A stretch of 64,000 bases of DNA from Azolla caroliniana (Eukaryota; Plantae; Polypodiophyta). The stretch's first letter is position 1, and every line of letters begins with the position of its first letter. The notes under the pieces were generated by a model. It saw nothing but the letters and a program-made list of their open reading frames with translations. It was not told where the DNA came from and searched no databases. The DNA lies in the NCBI GenBank assembly GCA_043228905.1, contig JBHGNT010000011.1:10788001-10852000 (forward strand). Direction: 5' to 3'. A program made the translations under genes and the position numbers. This document shows positions 46,607 to 58,099 of this stretch, piece by piece.

Positions 46607-49460
46607 AGTATGGTATGCCCTTAACTTGCCTTCCCCTAGTTTGAAGGGTAAATAGTATATTTTCTCTTTCATAATTATGCTTATCCACATTTACATCCAT
46701 CCAAAAGACATTTCCCCATGTAATCCATTAGGTCCATACTCAACATTAATGAGGCGCAACATATGTTTCCAAACAGAACATGCAGCCATACAATTCCATA
46801 AGGCATGTTGCATTGATTCCAAATGAAGCCCACAAAAAGAGCAAGTTTTGGTTCCCTCTTCCCTATGCATCCATTCCAAGACTAGAAGTGCATAGTGGAC
46901 ACATAACCATCTAAATGTAATGATTTTGCAAATACTGAATGCATAGGAATTTTCTTATTTAACCATACCTTAGTTGCAACTGACATAACCGGATTCCTCC
47001 TTCATTGGAATTTCCTACCTAACTTTACATAGTAGTCAAAGAAAGAAACCATCTTACCATTAACATCTCTCCACCACCATTCAGCTGGATCCCACTCTAA
47101 CTCCAATAAGGGCTTACTACCACAAACCCAAATATCCTAGAAAGGGTTTACTTTTTCAGGATGGGGATCAATAATACATACCTTCCATGTTTTTGCAGCC
47201 ACCCTAATAGGCTTCCGCTCCACTAAATTGAGAAGGTCATCCTCCATAGAGACCCATTGCAATTTTCCCTCCTAAACTATTATATATGCTAAGAAGGATT
47301 CATTAGATGTATAAGCTCTTGCTCCAATCAAGACATTAAAAGAAAAGAATGCCCGGTACCATACATGATTTGAATTAAAAGAAGAAGGCAAACTCCTATT
47401 ACAAGCGTTACTTATCTCTCGGAACATTAACATACCACCTCTTACTGATTTCAAAACTTGTTCCCTAACATCCCTAGAGGATTGATTAAAGTTTAACCAA
47501 GTACAAACATTAGCCGCAAATGCCTCATCAACCGCCACCCAATTTAATCTTGACCTTCTTCCCAACGTATTACCATTATCATCCTTAATCAAGGGGTTCT
47601 AGCAAATTGGTTGCCTTTTCCACTCGTCCTCCCATATAAGATGTTTATGCACAAGATTAGGCAACAAACATTTCCAAGCTCTTAACAAAGAGTTAAAAAA
47701 TTTATCCGAAGTGAAAATAGAAGTTAAAGGCATATCCTCGTGCACAAACCACCACCTCACATTTTGCTTCCAATGTCCACTTCTAAATGGAACCAATTCC
47801 TTCATACGTTCATGAAGTAACAACTTACATGGCTCATTCCCTAGGAGCATACTTCTCACAACAAATTTCGCAAGTAATGCTCTACATTGAAACATTGGGT
47901 CTATCAACCCTAATCTGCCCTCATGAGGAGGAGATATTATTACCTTCCATGCAACTTTAGATCTTGCATTTGCATCAGATACCCCCTGAGATAGAACAGA
48001 TCTTGAAAACAACCAAGATGAGAGGATATACCACATTGAAGACAGAAGCACTTGATTAACAATTACAATTCTTCCAACCAATGATAAATGCCTCGAAGAC
48101 CAAAACAACAATTTCTTCTTCAATGACATCAACAAGGGGGCAATAAGTTGATCATGAGTAATATCAACACCAATTTGACAAACAAGATATCTTACTAACC
48201 TCCCATGTTGAAGCCATTGAAAATCCGGATGGGGCAACCAATGTGAAACTCTATTATTCTTCATTCTTATTCCAATGGACTTATTCCAATTTATAATAAC
48301 ACTTGATAGCTCACAAAATTCTTGCACCACACATTGAACATTACGCGAATTCTGTTCCTCCCCATTTACATATAAAGCTGTATCATCATCAAATTCATTA
48401 TCAAGCACTTGCGTCTTATCTAATCCCCATTGCAACCCTTTAATTCTTATTAAGGTATGATTATTAAAATACACATGAAAGCCTCAACTATTAATAAGTA
48501 TAGGAAAGGGGCCAATGGACAGCCTTGCCTAACTGACCTTGAAATAGAGAAGGGAGGATCAACTTCTCCGGCCACATATACAGAGCTAGACACATTCTTA
48601 TACAAGGCTCTTACTGCCACTACCCAAGCCATTGGAAATCCTAGCTGTAACATAACTTCCTCGAGGAAAGACCAATCAACTCTATCGTATGCCTTTTCAA
48701 AGTCCAATAATAACACCACTAGTTCAACATCCTTCTCTTTTGCCAAAGCTGTAAGCTCCCAGAACATGAAAATATTATAAAAAATTGAACGCTCTTGCAT
48801 AAAACCCGTTTGTGATTTATGAATAATATCATTTAATAAAGGTTGCATACGTAAAGCAAGGACTTTAATACTTTCACACCCTCTTAGCTTTCACCTCTTC
48901 ACATTGGGGGGCAAGTAAAATAAAGCTTAGATGTGAAGATTCGGAGAAGACATTCATCTTATTGTTCAAACTGCATATAATCTTCTCATTAACATACACT
49001 ATATTTAAATTGCCTCTAGGGTACGAAGCTTTAGAAATGCTTGACATTGCATCATCGAGAATATCCCATATAGCTTCCTTATCTCATCCTCAAATATTTG
49101 ATAAAGATCATGATTGAAGCTTTAGAGAAGCCATTCATACAATGTTTTGAACTTACCTCAAGTTCCTCATTTTTGTGTATACATGCCATCATATCTAGGA
49201 ATGAAGCCTTAGTAGTTCATTCTATCGGCCCATGTAGGTGTCCATATTCAACCTTTTATATTTATTCGACCCTTTCCTTTTCCATTCATATCCACATGTT
49301 GAGAAGGCATTATGCATTAAATCTTCTCCCTTGGTCATTTCTTCACATTGTACATATTTGTGTAGGATCTATGTATCGACGGAGTTAAACACTCCTCGAT
49401 GTCGTTTGCGGAGCTCGGACCGATGTATACCCTTTTGATGGTGAATCAGACGGAGATGGT

Positions 49461-52062
49461 TGTCGGACACCTCCAAGCCTCACACTCACTTAACGATTAA
49501 TTGATTATTAAGCACGATATCTCCCTCACTCTCTCAAGCTCTCTCTCATAGACAATAAGAGTAATGAATACGTTTATTAACCCTCTTTGCTAAGAGGTCT
49601 AGCACCAACAAGGAAGAGAGGTTAGTGTTCTCTAACTAAACACTTCACTAATCTCTCTTAAGCTTAAGGGATACAAGAAAGAGGAGAGGAAGCTCTAGCT
49701 CTTAATCAATAGGGAGAGCTTACAAATGGAAGAACCCTTACAAAGCCACCACAATGTGTCTTATATAGCATTTACATTTAGGGTATGGCCATTTCACACT
49801 TGGTTGTCCATTAGCTCCTTTTCCTCTTGCCATTTCCTCTTCATAGGTCCTTTAGTCGTACTACGTCCTTATTGATACGTTCTTCTTCATGACCGGTTGT
49901 GGTGCAATCCAAGCGCTTAACTTCCCCCCAAACTAATGAGTGCACACTCCTAGGTGCACCATGGGAGGTAAGCTCAGCGTCGATGGCAATAAGGATGGAG
50001 TAGGGTGGTTCATTGAGGCGTGGTTGGTGGCGAATATGGTGGTGAAGACGTCAAATGTTGAGGGGAGGTAAGAGAATCTCTTGCATTTGATCGATCGTTG
50101 TGAATAAGTCCTTATTGGTTGGTGAGAGCGAGGTTTGGTCGTCGTCATCAAGGGAGTTAGAGTCCCTCTCGAGGTCGACCATGGTTGTTGGTTAACTTGG
50201 GTTTGGTGGGTGGAGGGCGTAGGCATGAGCCTCGTTGAAACTCAAAAGTTGGTATTCACTAGAGATGTCGAGGTACCTATGTAACTCATGGGTGTCCTCT
50301 TCAAGTTCATCGGGCCAGTTGAACACGGAAGGTTTGATCCTGAAAATGTTGGTGTGGTCGAGAACATCCCAGGCATGTTACCATGCTCAGACTAACAAAA
50401 GGAACCCAGAAGGTGACACGTAGGTGTCTTCACTTTCAAGAATGGCGCGGGTGAGGTCACCTGCGATTGGGTGTAGGCGTACGAGTGTTGCTAAGAGTTG
50501 TGCCAGCTGGTCCTTGTTGACTCAAATTGTGTCGAAAACATCTCTATGGACGCCACCCGTTTGAACAAAACATACAAAGTGAGTATAAAATATGTGTCCA
50601 GGACAACGGGTGGTCAAAGTAGGAATTGTGGGAACGGGCATTGGAGGCTCAACTCGACAAGTGGAACTTGTTAACTATGTGGGGAGTGTTCGACGAGTGG
50701 CACTCGTCGAACTTTGTGGAGATTGTTTGACGAGAGGAGACTCGACACACATTGTGGAGGTTTGTTCGACAAGTTTACATTCGTCGAACTTGTGTGAGGG
50801 TGCTATTGGGTTTCTGGTTTTAGGAAAAAATTGTTAGTGTTACCCCAAAGTGTGATATTCCCATGACCGATAAGAGACTCAATCCCCATCACCTAACTAC
50901 TGCAAACCGGCACCCAAAACACTTAATAATATGGTTCAATAACACACAAAATTGAGCTATGTCATAACGAACGGTTTGCGAAGTTTCACTAGTTATATCT
51001 TTGGAGCCCGAGGGTTTTGAACGTGGTCAACTGTGAAACGAGAATTAAGGTTTTCATCCTTCCTTATACACCACTCACGGTAATGTCTTCAATTTTCCTC
51101 TCTACTTGCGTTAGGGTTTCGGTTGCTGGAGAAAATGACAACAACAACAACAATAGAACAAGAAGGAGTGTTGTGTGTGTTCGAAGAGTGGGCACTCGTC
51201 GAAATGTGTGTGCGGGTTCGACGAGAGGGTCACTCGTCGAATTGTGTGTTATTGTTCGACGGGTGGGTTCCTCGTTGAACAGTTTGTGTGTGTTCGATGA
51301 GTGGGCACTCATCGAACTACGTGTGCGGGTTCGACGAGTGGTCACTTGTTGAACTGTGTGTTACTGTTCGACGATTGGGTCAGTCTGTGTGTGTTCGATG
51401 AGTGGGCACTCATCGAACTACGTGTGCGGGTTCGACGAGTGGTCACTTGTTGAACTATGTGTTACTGTTCGACGATTGGGTTCCTCGTCGAATAGTCAGT
51501 GTGTTCAACAAGAGGGTTCCTCATTGAACAATTAGTGTGTTCAACGAGTGGGTCGTCGTCAAACTGTGTGTGCAGGTTCGACGAGTGGTCGCTCATCGAA
51601 CTGTGTGTTACTATTCGACAAGTGGGTTCCTCGTCGACAGTCTATGTGTTCGAGGAGTGGACACTCATCGAGCTATGTGTGCGGGTTCGACGACTCGCTG
51701 GTTGTGAGTGTGTGACCGTTCAATGAGTGGTCACTCATTGAGCTGCTGTGTGGCCGTTTGACGAGTGGTCACTCGTCGAACTATGGGGGGGTAATGGTGC
51801 ACGTTGTGGTGGTCGACGGTAGTGATTGTCATCATCGTGGCCACGTGGTGTGGATTGTCATGCCGGCGGCTGGTGGTTGGAAAGGAGCAGTGTGGAGCGG
51901 TGTGGGGCACAATAGAGTGGCAAGGAGATGGTGGGGGGAAAATTGTGGGTGATTCTTATGATGTGTGGTGCATACGAAAGTGGAGCAGACAGGGTGTGTA
52001 GGAAGAGCCACTAGTGGAGATAGGGGAGAGAGTATGAGTGGGAGCAGGAACAACAAGAAGGG
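49461..52062 (-). mobile_element. 3' part of an LTR retrotransposon (LTR about 49461-49921, PPT, extra ORF relic, tandem hairpin arrays); possibly Tat/Ogre-like
   Basis: TGTCGG start with LTR-like composition, PPT ttggggggaag adjacent on the minus strand, and a long non-pol 3' region containing tandem repeats. Lineage assignment is inference. Confidence 0.55.
51180..51781. repeat. Tandem array of about 16-17 palindromic units (about 37 bp: TTCGACGAGTG-N2/3-CACTCGTCGAA plus an 11-13 nt GT-rich linker); smaller array at 50650-50790
   Basis: Units read directly; linkers cycle in a three-unit higher-order repeat (..tgtgcggg, ..gttactg, cagtctgtgtgtg). Confidence 0.9.
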
Positions 52063-53209
52063 TGTTGTGCGGACAAGCTCAACCGGATCCAGATCAGCTG
52101 AACAAGCTAGAGCCGGATCGGAGTCCGGAACCAAGAGCCGGATCGGATTGTAACCGGTAGACCGTTAGAGGCCTACGAACCTAACCTAGTACGTAGGCAT
52201 ATTTTTGGGAGTTAGTGCAGTCACTAGTATGAGCATTGAAGTACTTGTCAGTACCATGGTTGTTAGGTACGTTAGGTACGGTACTGATACGATACGTATT
52301 TAACGTATTAATACGGGTATAGTACCTCCCAATTTACAAATACGTTAAATACGTTTTTTAGTATGTTAAATACCTATAAAATACATAAAATATGTATAGT
52401 ACGTTAAATACATTAAATACTTCTAGAATTTGAAACCTTCCTAAAAAATATTTATTTACTTTCCTAAAAAATATTTGTAATATTATGTTTACCTTGAAAT
52501 TCACTTAGTATACACAGTGATGCAAGAATATATGAAAACACACTATACCATTGCCAAATATGTGTACACTATCTCATTGCGAATGATGAATCAAAATCAT
52601 CAAAACTCTATAAAGTTGTGAAATTGATACAAAATCCATCGTGTTCTCAGGAACTACATAGCCAATCCCATCAACTATACCACAAATATTATCCAAAATG
52701 ACACCTCAAAGGTATTAACTACAACTGAATCATTGAAACCAATTCATAATTTAATACAAAGGTCGAGTACTTGTGGATTTCATTCATTATTTTCAAAATT
52801 TGTGAAAAATAAAAATGGTCCACATTTGAAAACCTTGCGAGGAAGTGCATAAAACCCTAGGAATTGTAGGGCTATACATGACAAACTTGAGCACCTCTCA
52901 AAATGGCCCAATCAATTTATAAGGAGAATACAAACCTCCAATGGTACAGTATTCCAGATACCTCTTTCTCTGTCTCTTGTTGGCAGTTGCAATGACGATA
53001 AAATAATTATCATAAGGGACCACCAACTTAGATCATCGCACTGAGATCCAAACACCACATTAGAGCTCTCCACTATTCTTTGTCATTCCCCGTCCTGGAT
53101 AATTATGTACTTGTTCGCATTCCATTTAAACACGTACATTTTGTTGAGGAATTAAAGGAGGAAAAAGTGTCAACATATGGCCATTCTTTCAGAACATTCC
53201 CACTTTAAA

Positions 53210-54330
53210 TCACTCAATTTTCTTGCGTTTTGCGGCCTCCCGGAATCGGCCCCTGATGTCCTCTCTACGCCTCTTCTTCTTTTCTACTTCTTCTTGGGCT
53301 TTCTTTTCCTCATAGACTTTCCTCTTTTTAACATGTTGCTCCTTCCGCTTTTTTACCTACAAGAAAAAATATCACAAACTTTCACCACACTATAGAATAG
53401 ATACAGTTATATTGCATTGAGCCTTAGGTGAGTTTAAACTACACTTTCTTTGAAAACAACTTTTAAAATGCTCAATGATTTTTAAATACTAATCATCATT
53501 TTTTGCTTTTGATTTTTATTCCAATGAAAATCAAAGACAAATGGAGTCATTTTCTGTCATTTTCATTTTCTTTATTTAGGTGAAAAGTTTTGGACCTTCT
53601 ATTTTCTCTTTTACTCATAATTACTATTTGTATGTAACACTTCAAATTCTTAGACCAGAACTAAGCTGGATCTAGAATATGCACATGACAAATAGAGATT
53701 TACATAGGATAAATGTTATACCTTCTCATTTCTAATAGTATTCAGTTGTTGAACAAGCGTATGCACTTTGCGTTCATGGGGCTCCAAAACTACTACCCTA
53801 CGAGCTTCCAGAGTTGGTTTACTTCTTTCCTTTTGCTTCGGTTTGGAAGCAAAAGGGAGTTTAGCCTGGAGAGCTTTAGGTATTTTCAGCTTGTTGAAAA
53901 TGCCGAGGTTGCCTCTCAATTTCCTGTATTAAAAACATGGATACCTTAGGATTCCAAGTGGGATGTTGGCTTCAGGAAGTAGTAACCTTTGAGCTGCCAA
54001 TTTAACATTAAACTACTTTGATGCTTTTTAGATATTTATGTTTGTCAAGAATTTCACTGAAGAAGCAAAGATAAAAACCAGAAAACCCACCTTGTAGATG
54101 GAATTTTTATTGGCAGGAATAGAAAGACCCTTCTCTTTTCTCAATTCAACCACCGTCTTCATTCCTCGCCAAATTGATCCATGCAATTGAAGAAGCGTCG
54201 TTACAGGGTTGAAGAACTGTGGGATGTCCACGTTCACCCATGCTCTCAAAAAGACAATATCACTCATCAAAATTTTATCCTCAAAGGTACATCGTATGAT
54301 TCCTTCCTTCCCTTGCATTGCCTTTACAGC
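53210..54330 (-). pseudogene. BMS1: Captured last three coding exons of ribosome biogenesis GTPase BMS1 (54330-54091, 53923-53722, 53356-53210)
   Basis: GIIRCTFEDKILMSDIVFLRAW...FFNPVTTLL...WRGMKTVVELR...NKNSIYK | EIERQPR..FNKLKIPKALQAKLPFASKPK...VLEPHERKVHTLVQQLNTIRNEK | VKKRKEQ...RRREDIRGRFRE..*. GT-AG introns are retained; the middle exon (202 bp) has a 1-bp insertion. Confidence 0.88.
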
Positions 54331-54799
54331 CTGCAAAACTTGTTGGGCATTTACAACAACAGCCCAGGCCACAAAGAAAATATTGTATATCCCTCACATG
54401 ATTGAGGGAATTCACATGATGAGTCATGACTCATGACAGGCTAAAATTCTACAAAAAAAATAGTACTTTTGACAAAAACAACACATTGACAAGAAGTGCA
54501 ACATACCTATTGAAGAAAAGACCACATCTTTTGATTTGGAAAAAACCTTCAGAACACATAACATCAAATATTTGAGATACACTTACATTGCATTTTGTCA
54601 AAGAAATAGAATGCATTCTAGGAACAAAATTTAGAAAAAAAACCTTAACAACACATAACATCAGATATTTGACTTCTAAGAACACATAACTCGAACTATG
54701 TCCAAGACTCCAATGTATCAAAATGAGCTTAGATCAAAGAAAAGTAACATAAGGCTATTGAGCTTAATAATAACGTATAGAAATTAGAAGTATTAGTCA

Positions 54800-57572
54800 T
54801 TAGATCTCGTCCTCATCACCATCACCATCTTCATCATCAGATTCAGTGTTAGTTGATGACATCAACACAGGTTCTTCGTCAGTAAGATCATCATAATTTG
54901 TATGAATTGCTTCTTCTATTGCATTGACATTATCTTGATCATTTAATGGTAAAGAAGCAAATGTACTTGATCTTGTTATTCTCCCACTACAAGAAGACTG
55001 CTCATCATCTCTTCTTGGCCTCTACCTCCGTATTCGATTAGTAGGGACTCCATCGCTTGATGTTGTCGTATGTGATCTTGTCATGCTCCTTGTCCTTCTT
55101 CTCATGCTCATTGTTTCTTGAAAATAAGTTTCATAGAATTCTCTATCCACATCATTGTCATGGTTAATAGATGGAATATCAGGAGTCTTAGAGACATCTA
55201 TCTCATTTGGATTCACCTGCAAACAAGTTTATAAAAGCTTAACTTCTCAGTATCACAAACTAATGTGTCTATGGCAATAACTACTTACTAGTACTAACGA
55301 AATTTGAGGAATATAAATTATAAAAAGCGAATAAAACAATACCTGCATTGGAGATGCATTCACAGTCTCAAACTTGCGAACTAGCCTTAAGTTCTCTCGC
55401 ACATATACCAACCGTTCAAGTTGTGCTAGCTTTAATCCGTTTATATTTTTTGTATGTGCGAGAGCATGTGCATTCCAATTCCTTTCCGCTGCCCCAGAAG
55501 AGCAATCCTAATAGAAAACAAAATATGAAATAAAATGTAGTACACAAAAGTGTGGTATTTTAGAACTTAACTATAAAATTGATCATTTTTTCAACACTTT
55601 ACATTTACTTGGGATAATATGCGGACAACTAATGCTTGGAGCTTTGGAGTTCTTCCACCAAAATTTTCCCACCATGTGACTAGCGTCATCATAGATATCT
55701 CCTCACGTGCTAATGCATAACTAAATGTCCACGTACCGTTTCGATATTCATGCAATTCACGAAATAAGATATCACATTCAAGTGTCGAGTACAATTTTTT
55801 TGTATAGCTCATTCATGCATCCATTAATTCGGGGTTAATAAATGTAGCCTCCTCTCTCCACATCGGATGCAACAAATGAGCTACAAGGTGGATCGGCCTC
55901 TTGAACCATTTCCATCGTATGTCAAATAACTTCAAAACATCTTCGTACCTAAAAGGGTATTACAAAATGATTTGATCTTAAAACATTAGCAAACATTTGG
56001 AGGTTTAATGTTAGGAAACCATAAAAAATTAAAATAAATATGAAACTTGGATTTGTGGGGGATGTTTTCTTCCACTCCTTTTTCTAAAACATCTTTGCTT
56101 CTTCGCATAAACTCATATAACAAACCAATAGTGGATCCCTCCCTATCAGTAAGTCGTAAAACACTATACAATGGTGCCATTAGGGTCAAAACACCTTGAA
56201 ATGAGGACTCGGTTGTAGGATCAAGGATGTAGTTCTTTACATTCATGGCATTTGGCTTATTGCAATCTGACCAAGACCTCCACATGTCACTCACCACTGT
56301 TTGCTCAAGAGGATGCCAAACTTTGAGCAAACGTTGTATGACAAGGTACATCACACCAAACCTTGTCTTGGAAGGTCTCAAGATGGCAAGGTTACTGTGA
56401 GCAGAAAAAAATTTCCTAGCATTCCTCTTCTTGCAATAAAAACGTACAATATTATTTGCTTTCAACATAATACTTTTCATCCAAGGCAACTAACCAATGT
56501 CCTCCAAAAACAAATCCAAAGAATGGTTTGCACATGGAGTCCAAACAATATTAGGGAACTTTGATTCTAACAAAGACCCCATGCGGACACAACTAGATGC
56601 ATTGTCTGAAATGACTTGGACCACATTTTCCTTACCAACCTCTCTAATTGCCTTTGAAATTCTTTCAGCTAACCAAGAGCTATCAACTGTTGGTGTTGTA
56701 TTAGCATGGCTACAATCAATGGACTTGAGGAACATTGTCCCATAACAAGATGATACGAGGACATTTACAAGTTGCCTATGAGAAACATCAACCCATCCAT
56801 CTGTTAATATAGAACAACCATACTTGGGCCATAATCCTTTTACCCTTTCTAACTTTGCTTGCAAGGATATAACCTTAGTTTTCAAGCCTTTCGTCCTCAT
56901 GTAATTATATGTGACTCCATTATGTTTCTCTCCAATTGTAGAGAAAACTTCTAACATGTTCCGCCAACATGGTGTTTTTAATAGATTAAATGACAAATTT
57001 GCTTCAATGATACATCTCACCTCCATAACGTTTGCATGTTATTTCCTTTGCATTTGTAACACATGTACTTTACGCAATGGTTGTTGTTTCACTATAATTG
57101 CTGGTGGATATGGTTGGCGACTAGCACCACCCATACATGACATGCTTTGACTTTCACCAACAAAGGTAGATGAGCATGAGGTAGAAACACCTAAAAGAGA
57201 AAAAAATTCAAGATAAATCATTTACAATTATTTAAACATTAGTAATCAAGACACCTATTGTAGGCTTGTATCTATACCTTGTTTAGGCATGCTGAATGAG
57301 TCGATCTCTGCTACTATATCTCCTTCTTCACCAATTGATTGGCTTCCACAATTACCATACAAAGTTGTAAGGTCAATCAACATTTCCTTGGGGACATTGG
57401 TACATTTTGTTACTCCATGACTAGGTTTTCCAATTAAATGAGCAATCATTCGTGTTGCTAACCCACACATATGTTTGTTGCAAAATTTACAATTCCAACT
57501 CCTATTTCCTGTTTGACTTCTTGCGACATTGAGTCAACATGTATCCCAATATTTGTTCTTAATGGGCGGCAT
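54800..57572 (-). pseudogene. hAT transposase (BED zinc finger, DUF659, hATC dimerisation domain); multi-exon, with stops and frameshifts
   Basis: WNCKFCNK...AHL...C; GCSILTDGW, VVQVISDNAS, WTPCANHSLDL, KTRF, WWENFG...LQALVVRILSQ, CSSGAAERNW, LVYVRENLRL; acidic tail ending in TAA at about 54800. Confidence 0.9.
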
Positions 57573-57810
57573 TTTCCATCTTTATGTTCTACAAATCAAT
57601 AAAATTGAGATACTGAAAATGGAAAATAATGCACAAAAAGAGGAGATTCAATGCATGTGACATGCATAAAAACAGAAAATTCAACTCTTTTGGAAGCTAA
57701 AAAGGAAGCAAAATTTACCAAAACTTAACTAAAGAGCCTTAATGCTTAATGTAATAACGACATGCATAAAAGCAAAAAATTCAACAAGTTTGGAAGCCAA
57801 AAGGGAAGTA

Positions 57811-58099
57811 GAATTTGGCCAAGAAATCCATCTTGAAGTTGTACAGAAAGGGTTTGATGAAGATCTATTTATTCATAGTGCTTTGCTAGATATGTATGTC
57901 AAATGTGGATCTTGAAGTTGTACCGAAAGCATTAGATTCTTTCGATAAAATGCAAGCTGAGGCACAAGCAGTCTTCGATCAATTGGAAGTTAAAGAGGTG
58001 GTTTCATGGACTGCTCTTATCACAGGCTATGTGGAACATGGGCCTGTCAAAGAAGCATTAGAATGTTTTCAGAATATGCAGAGTATGGGCATTCCATGA
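57811..58099 (+). pseudogene. PLS-class pentatricopeptide repeat gene fragment inside the hAT
   Basis: GQEIHLEVVQKGFDEDLFIHSALLDMYVKCGS then, in a shifted frame, EAQAVFDQLEVKEVVSWTALITGYVEHGPVKEALECFQNMQ. Confidence 0.8.

Larger units (their letters stand above)
39781..48870 (-). mobile_element. L1-type LINE ORF2 remnant (RT and zf-RVT), 5'-truncated, split by the chromovirus insertion; 3' end runs into (TA)n
   Basis: QTGFMQERSIFYN, LLDFEKAYDRVDWSFL, VRQGCPLAPFLY, FDDDT, LSLVGRIVIVNQVLLSSMWY and CSFCG...ESMQHALWNC. The frame resumes beyond the AGTAT TSD with LWNIWIDQCKNVF...PPRWLFPP*. Confidence 0.88.

Noticed and set aside
51180-51781. CRISPR array (palindromic repeats with spacers)
   Set aside because: The linkers are only 11-13 nt and recur in a cycle, the repeats are degenerate, no cas genes are present, and the context is a eukaryotic retrotransposon.
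53210-54330. Functional host BMS1 gene
   Set aside because: Only three terminal exons are present, one is frameshifted, and all lie within hAT TIRs and a TSD.
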